Positions 20,414 to 30,230 of a DNA stretch of 64,000 nt are shown here, in pieces. A program made the position numbers and the translations under genes. The number at the start of each line of letters is the position of its first letter. Positions within the stretch are counted from its first letter, which is position 1. The stretch is from a virus (lineage: Duplodnaviria; Heunggongvirae; Uroviricota; Caudoviricetes): the IMG/VR virus record IMGVR_UViG_3300044712_000123; one strand, 5' to 3'. The notes under the pieces are model-generated. The model saw nothing but the letters and a program-made list of their open reading frames with translations. It had not been told where the DNA came from and did no database searches.

Positions 20414-23400
20414 TTATGCACTTTGTTGTGATAGTAGCTCATCAAGTTTGGTCGTTGCAGCGGTAACAGCAATTTCTGCAACATCAACTGCTCTTTTCAA
20501 ATTAGCAAGTTCAGGATCACCCTGTGGTAAAGAGTTCAATGCATTCTGATATTCATTGTTTGCAGTCTCTGCGTCTAGTGTAGCCTGTGCAATACTACTA
20601 GATGCTGCTTCAATTTCTTGATTTAGCAAAGCTGCCTTTTCTTCGGCTTGTACACTTGGTGATTTTACTTTCAATGTTCCACTAAAGTTTGGTGACGGAA
20701 TCTTTGGATTACCTAATACTTTAGACAATTGACCACTTATACTTGATCTGTCAGTAGTGTTAACTGCGACTGTCGGGAGTTTGACGGGTGCTGCACCACC
20801 TGAACCCAGAGCACTGATTGAGGCTGCTAGTTGTGCAGCCGCATCCGCCGGCAACCCAGTAGATGCTAATGATGTAAGAGAAGTATCCTTAAGTTTTCCT
20901 AAAGTTCCCGAAACATCCCCTGCAAGTTTATTAGATGCTCCTAATATGCTATTCGCAATTCCCGTCCCGCCTGGTAATTTGCTAGTGATGCCTGCGACTG
21001 TTTTACCCAGTGAGCTTATTGTGCCTGAAATTCCATTTGTTACAGCACTGAAGGCGTTCTTAGCTACAGCAGTTACTGCGCTCAATCCTGGAACATTGTT
21101 TGGTGAGCCAGGAGTATTATTAACTACAGACGATATTGTTTGCTGTCCTCCAGGAATTCCTGATAAGTTTAAATTAACAGAAGAAGCTAGTTTACTTACT
21201 GCACCGGTAACAGATCCAACAGCACCAGAAACTGCACTGAGTAGTCCTCCACCCGAAGATGCTTGTGAACCTGCAGCATTCTTAGCTGCGATAGCAGTCA
21301 AATCTTGAGGAACACCTGACTTGAATGGCTTGAAGGCAGCTGTAATAGAAGCAAACGCTCCACCTACGATACCCTTTGCAGACTTGAGTAAGCTGTCCCC
21401 TGCACTACTTAATGCAGCACCCAATGATCCAAGACCACTTGTTATGTTTCCTGATAAGTTTGCAGCAAAGTTTCCAGAAGACATTGCCTTTGTGACTGCG
21501 GTACCTGCACCGGTAACCGCAGATACTGCGCTACCAGCAAGATTATTACCAACAGTCTTTACAAAATTAATAGTTGCTGATATACCTGCGGTCGCGCCTG
21601 CCGTTACTAAACCTGCAATCTGATTTGGTGCTTCTTTGCCGGTAATCACTCCTGCATTAGTCAATGCAGTCTGTGATTTTTTCATATTAGTTACTTGTGC
21701 AGCAGCTTGTGCTGTTGGATTTTTCACAAACGATGGTAAGTTTGTTACTCCGTTTGTTCCAGTAAACAAGTTAGGCGGCAACGCTTTCTCAATCGATGCT
21801 CCTGATTTGATTGCATTTTCTACCAAACTAGCTGATCCTGGCTTTATAATATTTGCAGACTCTAATTGCGCAGGGGACATTGCCATTGCACCAATTGCTG
21901 CAACTTTTCCATCAGAAGTATCTACTATACCTGCGCCTGCCAATACTGCTGATGCTGCAGGGCCTGTAGCAGCATCTCTAGCAGTAGCTGCAATCATTGC
22001 ACCGGTTGTGTTACTGTCTAATGCGTCACTGACTGAGCCAACGTTTGGTGCGGTTGATGACGTAGCAACTGTTACTGGGCTTTCAGGTTCAGATGGTACT
22101 GAATTATTTGCGGCAGCAACGCTAGCACTAGGATCACTAGGAAGAGAACTATCAGCGGCCAAATCAACTTTAACATCCACACCTTGACCCCAATTAGCCC
22201 AAGGAGCATGTGCCGGTGCTCTACTGACGATACTCATTAATTTACCAGGAGCAGGAGCAAAGCCTACAGTAGCATCGAATAATGTATCAGTGTGCGCAAT
22301 AGTTGTCATTGGATCAACTTCTGCTGGAATCAGTGATGTGGCTCCTGAATTTAAGTTTACTTTACTACCATTGATATATGCATCACCGTCAGCTATCAAT
22401 GCAGAATCCCCTGCAGCAGCAAGACTCATTGATCCTTTAACTTTAATTGTATATGATCCCAATGTATAGTTGTTGAACGTGCCACCAATTCTGAATTTTG
22501 TGTCAGTTTTACTTGAAACGTTGATATTGTCAGCCGCAATATTTAAATCTTTCATCGCATTGATATTGATGTTATTATCAGCGTGTAAGTTTAGATCACC
22601 TTGAGTTCTGATGTTTACTGAGTTAGTAGCGTACATATCGATTGTACCTTCTTTACCTAACTCAATCCAAGACTGGCCATTGCTATGCATGATGTTCAAA
22701 CATTGACCATCATCACTCATCATAATCTGATGACCCAATGCTGTTCTGATTCTTATTAGTTGATCTTTGCCAATCAAATCACCGTCATCTAACACAATAC
22801 TATGTCCACCGCGACGACCAATGACCGTCAATTTTTCCGGTGAAGCAGAACTTAAACTATCAGCAACAGTGCTATCATCATACCCTCCGCTATAGATAGG
22901 ACGACCCGGAGAACTAACTCCCCAACCAACTCTCGATGGACTTTCTCGTTGGGCACTACTTGATATAGGACCTCTAATTGGGTCTCTTAATAATCCCTGT
23001 TGATTATAGATAGATGCAACATAGCTATGTACAGGTTTAGCCGCTGCTAAGAATGAATCGCTGTTAGCTAGTGATCCATTGTTAGTATTCATGTTGCTAA
23101 CAGGTAACACAGGTGAGCCGCCGTAACTACTAGCTTCGCCTTCGTTTAATATCACGTTACTGCTTGCACCAATAGCAGGAACCATATGAAGTGCTTCAGG
23201 AGATGGGGCACACCCAATCCAATAGCCGTAATTAGGGTCACCGTTGATAAAGATACAGATAACTTTGCTACCAATATCCGGTGGACTAAACCACATGCCA
23301 TAACTACTAGGATTCTGTAGATAACTGCCATACCCCGTAGATGATCCGGTGGCAGCAGTCAGACCATAAAAAGGTGTCATAAAGCTAACAGTAACCCACG

Positions 23401-23581
23401 TAGAGCTATCATTTGAATCTTCAGATCCAAAATCACCTAAGTATACCTGTAGTCTACCACTACGAGTTGGATCAACGTTGTCTTTGACAATAGCAAGTAC
23501 TGGTTCAGATCGTACGGCGCCACCGCCTGCGTCTGGTTTGCTAGCCTTAATTTGACCTTTTGCTTTAAAATTGTCTTGCAT
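20414..23581 (-). CDS. gp5: Baseplate central spike / hub (gp5/VgrG-like) with long C-terminal extension
   Basis: OB-fold motif VKDNVDPTRSGRLQVY...SYGMWFSPPDIGSKVICIFINGD, then GHSIVLDD / IRIRTALGHQIMMSD / GQSWIELGKEGTIDMY beta-helix repeats, then ~580 aa rich in Ala/Gly/Ser. Confidence 0.8.
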   Translation of the reverse strand: MQDNFKAKGQIKASKPDAGGGAVRSEPVLAIVKDNVDPTRSGRLQVYLGDFGSEDSNDSSTWVTVSFMTPFYGLTAATGSSTGYGSYLQNPSSYGMWFSPPDIGSKVICIFINGDPNYGYWIGCAPSPEALHMVPAIGASSNVILNEGEASSYGGSPVLPVSNMNTNNGSLANSDSFLAAAKPVHSYVASIYNQQGLLRDPIRGPISSSAQRESPSRVGWGVSSPGRPIYSGGYDDSTVADSLSSASPEKLTVIGRRGGHSIVLDDGDLIGKDQLIRIRTALGHQIMMSDDGQCLNIMHSNGQSWIELGKEGTIDMYATNSVNIRTQGDLNLHADNNININAMKDLNIAADNINVSSKTDTKFRIGGTFNNYTLGSYTIKVKGSMSLAAAGDSALIADGDAYINGSKVNLNSGATSLIPAEVDPMTTIAHTDTLFDATVGFAPAPGKLMSIVSRAPAHAPWANWGQGVDVKVDLAADSSLPSDPSASVAAANNSVPSEPESPVTVATSSTAPNVGSVSDALDSNTTGAMIAATARDAATGPAASAVLAGAGIVDTSDGKVAAIGAMAMSPAQLESANIIKPGSASLVENAIKSGASIEKALPPNLFTGTNGVTNLPSFVKNPTAQAAAQVTNMKKSQTALTNAGVITGKEAPNQIAGLVTAGATAGISATINFVKTVGNNLAGSAVSAVTGAGTAVTKAMSSGNFAANLSGNITSGLGSLGAALSSAGDSLLKSAKGIVGGAFASITAAFKPFKSGVPQDLTAIAAKNAAGSQASSGGGLLSAVSGAVGSVTGAVSKLASSVNLNLSGIPGGQQTISSVVNNTPGSPNNVPGLSAVTAVAKNAFSAVTNGISGTISSLGKTVAGITSKLPGGTGIANSILGASNKLAGDVSGTLGKLKDTSLTSLASTGLPADAAAQLAASISALGSGGAAPVKLPTVAVNTTDRSSISGQLSKVLGNPKIPSPNFSGTLKVKSPSVQAEEKAALLNQEIEAASSSIAQATLDAETANNEYQNALNSLPQGDPELANLKRAVDVAEIAVTAATTKLDELLSQQSA

Positions 23582-23583
23582 AA

Positions 23584-26094
23584 TTATTCTCTACCACTTT
23601 CTTCCAGTTGCGTTAGATAATCGCTACTTACAGCGTCATCATTGACAACTTCAGTTCCGGTACCTGTCGGTGATGTTATCTCGCCAACAGGGGATCCGTT
23701 ATAGAATGCATCTGCGGCATCTGCTTCGTTTAGTGCATCTTGATACGCTATAGCTTCGTCTACTCCTGTTGCATCATCAGCTTGTACAAATCCAGTGTTG
23801 GCGCTTGTGCTAGTGCCTGATTGATTAGGTGATTGTGATGTGCTACTAACTCTAGCCTCTCTTGCTGCTGAGTTCGCTGCTGCCTCAGCGTCAGATATGC
23901 CATCAAACGTATTGATAGTGCAGTTTAATTCCTGTACGAACTTACCTTTACTGAATGTGCTAGTCACCTTATTTAACATGTAACTAACTCCCTTGACTTG
24001 CGCTGCAATTGAAGGAGGATATTGCTGCATTAGAATACTTTCATTTATAGTCATCAATCCAGTAGAGTTGTTATAATCAACTGCTTCCTTGAAATCAATT
24101 TCAATGAAGACTTGACCTCCATTTGGATTGATAGTATATCCATCAGTTCCATAAAACTGATTATAAACATAAGATTCATTAGTTGAGCTTGCCGCAGATT
24201 CTGTCATTAGAAAGTCAGGGTCACCTAAAATTACAATTTTAGCTTTGCCCCATGATCCAGGATCAAACAAACTTGTCAAGAATTCGTTCTGTGCTCCCAT
24301 ACCATTATCTAATCTACCCTGTTTGATTTGATTTGTCTGCTTGCCGGGTATAGTTGGAATCTGTGCTGTTCCACCAGATCCTTGACTTCCCTTCTTATCA
24401 TTCTGAGCGATAACAACGTTAGTAAACGTGTTATCCATCACTTGTTCATACGAAATAATTTCTGAGTTTTTTCCAGAGTACCAGTATTCATAACGCTTAT
24501 GTGCCCCGTAATATTTTGGAGTCTTTCCAATAACAGGTGACACTACTACCGGTGTATCATATGGTTGAATCAAGAAAGTGATGTTATATGCAAAATCACT
24601 TGTCTTTGGATCCCAGCCCTTGCATATTACTTGTGACGATATGTTATACCATTTGATAGTTTTTGTCTGTGAATTTACAATTTCATCTTCTGAATCATCT
24701 TCCGGGTCAATGTCAGTAGTGTAAACAGTCTTTAACGCTTTTTCTAAGAAACTACTTTGTGCTATCGTTAACCCAATGGCCTGTAATATCGGAGTACCAT
24801 TTCTGAAAGTTAGTTGTCTCTTGGTACTGTTTGGAACTGCCTTTTCTGATAGTGCATCGTTAGAGTCTTTTGTAGTCTTAGATTTTGCCATTGGCAATTT
24901 TGATTTATCTAAATCAGCTTTACTAACAATGGTTTGGTTTCCAATCTGAGCTTTAGCGTCACCTAGCCATTCAATGTTATACGTAGTAGCCATACCCGGA
25001 GATATAGACCCGTTTTTCTCTAACTCTTTCTGGTCGTTATTTAATTTAGTTAGTATACCAATGACACCTTTATCAGGGTCGTTTCCTATAAGTGCTTCTT
25101 CTACTGTACCTGCAACAACTTTAGCACCACGATCAATAATACCTCGCTTCGTACCAAATGCAACGTTAGGTGACATTGCCGCAGCAGTAATATTGTACGT
25201 TGTAGCCTTACCGTCAATTTTAAATTTTAATGAACGAATATTGATATCCCAAAATCGTTCGAATACACCATCACTGTTACCTGCAGGGTTAAAGGTATCA
25301 CCTGCATACATTTCTTTACCTGTTATAGGGGCTCCGTTTATATCATAACCTTGAAAACGAACTCCCAAGATAAAGAACTGACGAGTTGGATTTTTTAGCT
25401 TAGAAAAATTCTTTGACTTGCTTGCTTGTTGTAGCACATTCGTTGCGTTTCTTAATTTACTGATGAACGAAAATCCATATGGTTCTATGATGTTGAACGT
25501 CATGTCTTGCGTGTTAGTAGAAGTACCGTTTTCTTTTGTTCCTACTGCTGTAGACATTCTTAAATCATCAATGTAAAAATCATAGTTAAAGCCAGGGGCG
25601 CGTTTGATACTACCCTCAGGTACTCCTCCTGATTGTGCTACGATAAACGCACCATTTGATTGTACTTGTGGTTGTGCGGCTGCACTATTCGAAGTAACAT
25701 CATTGATGGCATTTATTCTTCTTCTTCCTGACTTAACAAAGGCATCATATGCGTCTGGTGTAATCATGTACAATGTTAATTGATAAGTGTAACTTGCAAA
25801 GTCACCTAATGGATTTCTTGTTCTCTTGCCTGGTTTAGAAGTGGACGGAGAAGCTGCTGGAGTAGATGTTTTGCCAGCGACGGTAGTTCCGGCATTTAAA
25901 GGAAGCGAAGTACTAGACGATGGAGTACCATCACTTTCATAGTATGTGGTTGGACTAGCTATTTCAGTGTTTTGATTACCGATATCATCATCTGCACCGC
26001 CGCTATTGATGTACTCATAGTTTTGTTGGTCGACTTGTTCTGCTGCCGTAGCTTCTTCTATGACGTTACCAAACTCATCTACTGTTGTTGCCAT
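23584..26094 (-). CDS. Putative baseplate hub protein (gp27-like)
   Basis: Lies between the gp53-like and gp5-like genes; has NPLGDFASYTYQLTLY, KIVILGDPDFL and C-terminal YMLNKVTSTFSKGKFVQEL motifs of hub proteins. Confidence 0.6.
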   Translation of the reverse strand: MATTVDEFGNVIEEATAAEQVDQQNYEYINSGGADDDIGNQNTEIASPTTYYESDGTPSSSTSLPLNAGTTVAGKTSTPAASPSTSKPGKRTRNPLGDFASYTYQLTLYMITPDAYDAFVKSGRRRINAINDVTSNSAAAQPQVQSNGAFIVAQSGGVPEGSIKRAPGFNYDFYIDDLRMSTAVGTKENGTSTNTQDMTFNIIEPYGFSFISKLRNATNVLQQASKSKNFSKLKNPTRQFFILGVRFQGYDINGAPITGKEMYAGDTFNPAGNSDGVFERFWDINIRSLKFKIDGKATTYNITAAAMSPNVAFGTKRGIIDRGAKVVAGTVEEALIGNDPDKGVIGILTKLNNDQKELEKNGSISPGMATTYNIEWLGDAKAQIGNQTIVSKADLDKSKLPMAKSKTTKDSNDALSEKAVPNSTKRQLTFRNGTPILQAIGLTIAQSSFLEKALKTVYTTDIDPEDDSEDEIVNSQTKTIKWYNISSQVICKGWDPKTSDFAYNITFLIQPYDTPVVVSPVIGKTPKYYGAHKRYEYWYSGKNSEIISYEQVMDNTFTNVVIAQNDKKGSQGSGGTAQIPTIPGKQTNQIKQGRLDNGMGAQNEFLTSLFDPGSWGKAKIVILGDPDFLMTESAASSTNESYVYNQFYGTDGYTINPNGGQVFIEIDFKEAVDYNNSTGLMTINESILMQQYPPSIAAQVKGVSYMLNKVTSTFSKGKFVQELNCTINTFDGISDAEAAANSAAREARVSSTSQSPNQSGTSTSANTGFVQADDATGVDEAIAYQDALNEADAADAFYNGSPVGEITSPTGTGTEVVNDDAVSSDYLTQLEESGRE

Positions 26095-26095
26095 C

Positions 26096-26407
26096 TTATA
26101 GTCCTAACCATTGAGTTAAGTTCTCTGATTTTGGTAGGTAAATACCAACTCCCGTAACAAAATCAAAATACGGGTCTTTCAATCTGTTTGGGTTACGTTG
26201 GGCAAACACCCACCATAATCTACTATCACCATATAAGTCATATGCTAGTAGATCAGGTCTGTATTCATAAACTGTTGTGATTTCCCAATATCTGTCAGAG
26301 CCCAACATTGGGATGGGTCGATTTATCATCACATCTAAAAATTTACCGTTGACGATACCTGTATTTTTATAGGGACTTGTTGATGGATATAAACTATTTG
26401 AAGCCAT
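26096..26407 (-). CDS. gp53: Baseplate wedge protein (gp53-like, LysM-like)
   Basis: YEYRPDLLAYDLYGDSRLWWVFAQRN is the gp53/LysM-like signature. Confidence 0.8.
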   Translation of the reverse strand: MASNSLYPSTSPYKNTGIVNGKFLDVMINRPIPMLGSDRYWEITTVYEYRPDLLAYDLYGDSRLWWVFAQRNPNRLKDPYFDFVTGVGIYLPKSENLTQWLGL

Positions 26408-28104
26408 TACCAGATACCTCCAGTTGAATTTTGATTTCCGCGTAATAATTTACCTGTCGCATATTCAGTTAGACTGAATTTGTTACTGATATCATTTCTT
26501 GATACTACCGGAACGGCTGATATTTGTATTTGCATTTTCGTAGGAACATATGTTGGTTCAATAGAACCTGCAGGAGTTTTCCACTTGACTGCTGTGTTGC
26601 CCAGTGGTCCTAGTCTTAACTTTGATATGTTGTATGTATTATTTGGAATGTTCTCCGCAGATTTATTAACTCCTGCGTTTGTTGTAGTATTCGTTGCTCT
26701 TATATAGTCAACATCATTAGGCAAGCTATAGTTGAAGCTAGTGATAACTAAAGGATGGTTGTTGAATTGAAATGCACCCATACCATTCAAATAACATAGA
26801 GGAGGAGGTGATCCGATGTTTGGTTTCTTATCTTTACCATAGAACATCTTAGTGGCCGAACGGAAGAAATGAATGACCGCAAGTAAGTAATTTGCTTCAA
26901 AGGTATCTTGTGCAGTGAAGTCACATGAGATACTGATTTGATCTACACTACTTCCTTTATACTGATAAATTTTGTAGTTGCTATGAACTAACTCTGTAGG
27001 GTCATAGTTAGCAGCGTAGGTAACCGATACTTGAGGAGTGTATGGGAACAATACACCGTTCGTTGCTTGAAGCGGCGCGAGAATGCCAGGGTCACCTTCT
27101 GCGTTATATAAATATTTTCCACCAGGCGCAATACTTAACACAACTCTCCAGTCTCTTTCTTGCTGCGAGTTGTCTACATCTTGTTGAGTGGCTTTTGAAT
27201 TAGTATTCAGCTTTGCACCAGTTAACCCAACTAATGATCCGGTTGAAGGGAAAGATAACTCACCCAATCCTGCTTGCGAATCACCCAGTGCAGATAACTC
27301 AATTTCATCAGGTGTCAGTTGCGGGAACGGTGTAGAAGTTGATGATGTACCATTATTTTCATAGTAAACATTATCATCAGGAGGAGGAGAGAAATATGAT
27401 GACTCACCAAAGCCGGCTTCTGCGTCACCCAACGCTGCAAGTGCTTCTTCATCGGGCGTTAGTTGTGGATAAGAAAACTCGTTACTAGCAGTGTCGTCAT
27501 TTTCATAAAAAGTAGTAAATTCAGGTGAGCTATTATCTATTTGTTCGTCTACTATAATGCCGTCATTGTCATAAAAGACAGTACTATCCTGTGTTGGATA
27601 ATTTTGTGCGATAAACGCTGCTGCGTTTGCTCTAGTCTCATCAGTGATGTATGGATTCTGACCAGTCTGAATTGCTCGGGTAGTAAGTGTGTCAGGTTGA
27701 TCGGTGAGTGTTACATCAGTTGGGGCGCCAGGCTGGCTACTAGCCGGTTGAGTTACTGAGTTATCGAGCGGTGGTCCGGCTTCTGCCCTTGATTGTTGTA
27801 AAAATGCATTATTTAAGTCAGAATCGATTTCTGCAATGTCTCTTACTAAATTCGATGCAGCTAGGTTGGCTCCTTGAATTCTAGTGTTGTTTGCGTCAAT
27901 TCTACTTTGAATAACTGCCATCAATGCCGAATCACCTGCAAGGTCGGCGGCAGCAAGTTGTGCTGACAATGTTCGTTGTTGGTCTGAGTAACCCTGTAGA
28001 CTGGATCTGACCCCAGTCAATTGGGTCAACACTGACTTTTTAACTGAGTCTAAATTATCGATTACTTGGCCCCACTCAGCCGCTGTTAGTACGTTATCTG
28101 CCAT
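26407..28104 (-). CDS. Putative tail-tube initiator / baseplate protein (gp48/gp54-like) with acidic N-terminal extension
   Basis: C-terminal half has GVLFPYTPQV...HSNY...LLAVIHFFRSATKMFYG...PPPLCYLNGMG..FNNHPLVITSFNYSLPNDVDYI; first gene of the baseplate operon. Confidence 0.6.
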   Translation of the reverse strand: MADNVLTAAEWGQVIDNLDSVKKSVLTQLTGVRSSLQGYSDQQRTLSAQLAAADLAGDSALMAVIQSRIDANNTRIQGANLAASNLVRDIAEIDSDLNNAFLQQSRAEAGPPLDNSVTQPASSQPGAPTDVTLTDQPDTLTTRAIQTGQNPYITDETRANAAAFIAQNYPTQDSTVFYDNDGIIVDEQIDNSSPEFTTFYENDDTASNEFSYPQLTPDEEALAALGDAEAGFGESSYFSPPPDDNVYYENNGTSSTSTPFPQLTPDEIELSALGDSQAGLGELSFPSTGSLVGLTGAKLNTNSKATQQDVDNSQQERDWRVVLSIAPGGKYLYNAEGDPGILAPLQATNGVLFPYTPQVSVTYAANYDPTELVHSNYKIYQYKGSSVDQISISCDFTAQDTFEANYLLAVIHFFRSATKMFYGKDKKPNIGSPPPLCYLNGMGAFQFNNHPLVITSFNYSLPNDVDYIRATNTTTNAGVNKSAENIPNNTYNISKLRLGPLGNTAVKWKTPAGSIEPTYVPTKMQIQISAVPVVSRNDISNKFSLTEYATGKLLRGNQNSTGGIW

Positions 28105-28126
28105 AATATGTTGTTATCCTTACTTA

Positions 28127-28143
28127 TATTTATCGTATAAATA
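28127..28143. promoter_or_regulatory. Back-to-back late-type promoters: GATAAATA (minus, 28127-28134) and TATAAATA (plus, 28136-28143)
   Basis: Both motifs lie at the strand switch; TATAAATA is the exact T4 late consensus. Confidence 0.55.
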
Positions 28144-28177
28144 ATAGTGCATTTTTACCCTTTCTATCCAAAACTAG

Positions 28178-28207
28178 TAGACTTCCTACTACGTTTCCTG
28201 CTATACT
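28178..28207 (+). promoter_or_regulatory. Sigma70-type promoter (TAGACT-18 nt-TATACT, extended -10 TG) for the late sigma gene
   Basis: -35 at 28178-28183, TG at 28199-28200, -10 at 28202-28207; GGAGA RBS before ATG 28233. Confidence 0.55.
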
Positions 28208-28232
28208 AGCATCAACACAATAACGGAGAATT

Positions 28233-29144
28233 ATGTCCCTACTACCCGCGCCGAAGAAGCCTGTAAATTATTTAAACAACAAAGATATTTTAAAAGAGAT
28301 TCACGAAAGCAAAACAACATACTGTACGTTTGCTGAACCAAATTTTCATCGCTACGATTTTATCGTAGATATGCCACAAGAATCGATTGAAACATCACTT
28401 GAGTACGCAATCAAACCTGAAAATATTCAACAAGCACGAGAAACACGTGCGACTAGGCTTAGTTTAGAAGCCGGAGTCAAAGACTCAGTTGATCCTCTTT
28501 CTATTCCTATCACTGACTTGGTATTCAGAGTTATGACTTGGGATCATGTTCCAGTCGCTCCCAAACAACCTCGCAAAACAGTTAAAAAGAAAACTGCAAA
28601 AGATATCTTTGAGTTTGTCGAGCCTGATCCAGATGAGATTTTCGCTGACCTAGAAGATGCTGCACCTATTAAAGCTGACGTTGACGACATGGTTCATGTC
28701 AAGGTCAACTTCCCTCCATTCCAACATTTCAAGTTTGATGAAACTAATACTGCACGTTGTATCGGTAAGAGTCATTGGAAGGGTGACTTAGAAACCGGTG
28801 AGTTCTCTAAGGATCATGGTCAAATCACTAACAAGTTAGCTCGTATGTATATCATGATGTGCGAGAAATACGCAATGAAATATAATTGGCGCGGGTATAC
28901 TTACAACGATGAAATGCGTAATTCAGCAATCTTACAACTGACTTATGTTGGTTTGCGATTCAACGAAGCAAAATCTGCTAACCCGTTCGCTTATTACACC
29001 GCAGCTATTACTAATAGTTTCTGTCGTGTATTGAACACGGAGAAACGTAGCCAAAACATTCGTGATGACATTTTAGAAATGAATGGGTTAAACCCAAGTT
29101 GGAGCCGTCAGGGTTCCGGCGGAAGCACTGTATACGAGGAATAA
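28233..29144 (+). CDS. gp55: Late-transcription sigma factor (gp55-like) with large internal insertion
   Basis: NYLNNKDILKEI at the N-terminus and NWRGYTYNDEMRNSAILQLTYVGLRFNEAKSANPFAYYTAAITNSFCRVLNTEK are gp55 motifs; upstream of gp47/gp46 as in T4-like phages. Confidence 0.85.
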   Translation: MSLLPAPKKPVNYLNNKDILKEIHESKTTYCTFAEPNFHRYDFIVDMPQESIETSLEYAIKPENIQQARETRATRLSLEAGVKDSVDPLSIPITDLVFRVMTWDHVPVAPKQPRKTVKKKTAKDIFEFVEPDPDEIFADLEDAAPIKADVDDMVHVKVNFPPFQHFKFDETNTARCIGKSHWKGDLETGEFSKDHGQITNKLARMYIMMCEKYAMKYNWRGYTYNDEMRNSAILQLTYVGLRFNEAKSANPFAYYTAAITNSFCRVLNTEKRSQNIRDDILEMNGLNPSWSRQGSGGSTVYEE

Positions 29145-30182
29145 ATGAGTATAATTAACCGAGATGATTTTGAGATAGAGTCTCCTTATTGGAGACTTCA
29201 AGATTGGAATGACCATGACTATTGGTACACTACCGACTTGAATATTACCAGTAGTGTAGTGCAAATGATATGCGCAGACGAGAATCTTTTCTTATTGGTA
29301 TGCGATGAATTTGAGGCTAAACCTGACATTGTTCAACAAATTGATAACTTACTCATACCAAGACACAAAGTAATCTTGATTAGTGAGAATCACGATATTG
29401 ATGGTATGGATTACTGGGCGCACTGCGGTGAGATGGGTGTCAAAAAACAAGCTGGACGATTCCGCAGACCATTGAAAACATTAGAAAAGAAACATTATGA
29501 TAAGGCATTCTTGAACCTAAACCGTCGTTGGAGACTTCACCGACCATGTTTGATCGGACTACTTCATTCATTGAATATCTTAGATAAAGGTTTGGTAAGT
29601 TTAGGTAGATCAGACGATCATTTAGATTGGGACTCGGTATTCGACACCGTTGCCGATCTTATTAAAGAAGACGAAGAATTGCACTCGTTGTTTGTGTCAA
29701 ACAAAGAAGCGATTTGCAATATACCAGATATGTATTTGGACACCCCGGATCTAGTTACAACTAGAGATAGAATCCTAGTATCGGATATACCATTTGAGGA
29801 TACTCTAAAAATGTATCAAGATACATATTTTAGTATAGCTAGTGAAACATTCTTCTTCGATGGTCCCGGAAGATTTTTGTCCGAGAAGACATTCAAGCCA
29901 ATTGCATTTAATCACCCTTTTATTTTAGTATCACAACCAAAAAGTTTGGAGTTGCTACGTACATTAGGCTACAAAACATTTCACCCATACATCAATGAGA
30001 GCTATGATTCCGAAACAAATGATGCTACTAGGATGAAGATGATATTGAGGGAGATTGAACGACTCTCTACATTTACCGATGAAGAAGTAGACGAGTTCAT
30101 TGATATGGTAAAACCCATAGTCAATCATAACTACTACATCATGTCACAGAAACAAGACAAACAACACATTCACAAAAGATAG
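29145..30182 (+). CDS. Hypothetical protein, possibly glycosyltransferase-like
   Basis: FSIASETF...FLSEKTFKPIAFNHPFILV...LRTLGYKTF...INESYD; the SEK-x-F-K motif recalls the GT10-type nucleotide-sugar-binding segment (inference). Confidence 0.5.
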   Translation: MSIINRDDFEIESPYWRLQDWNDHDYWYTTDLNITSSVVQMICADENLFLLVCDEFEAKPDIVQQIDNLLIPRHKVILISENHDIDGMDYWAHCGEMGVKKQAGRFRRPLKTLEKKHYDKAFLNLNRRWRLHRPCLIGLLHSLNILDKGLVSLGRSDDHLDWDSVFDTVADLIKEDEELHSLFVSNKEAICNIPDMYLDTPDLVTTRDRILVSDIPFEDTLKMYQDTYFSIASETFFFDGPGRFLSEKTFKPIAFNHPFILVSQPKSLELLRTLGYKTFHPYINESYDSETNDATRMKMILREIERLSTFTDEEVDEFIDMVKPIVNHNYYIMSQKQDKQHIHKR

Positions 30183-30194
30183 GGTAACATCTAT

Positions 30195-30224
30195 GTTTAC
30201 TTCTCCTATGTGATTTGTTACAAT
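30195..30224 (+). promoter_or_regulatory. T4-early-like promoter GTTTACT-17 nt-TACAAT for gp47/gp46
   Basis: TTTACT 30196-30201, TACAAT 30219-30224, 17-nt spacer; ATG 30231 is 6 nt downstream. Confidence 0.6.
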
Positions 30225-30230
30225 AAGAAT

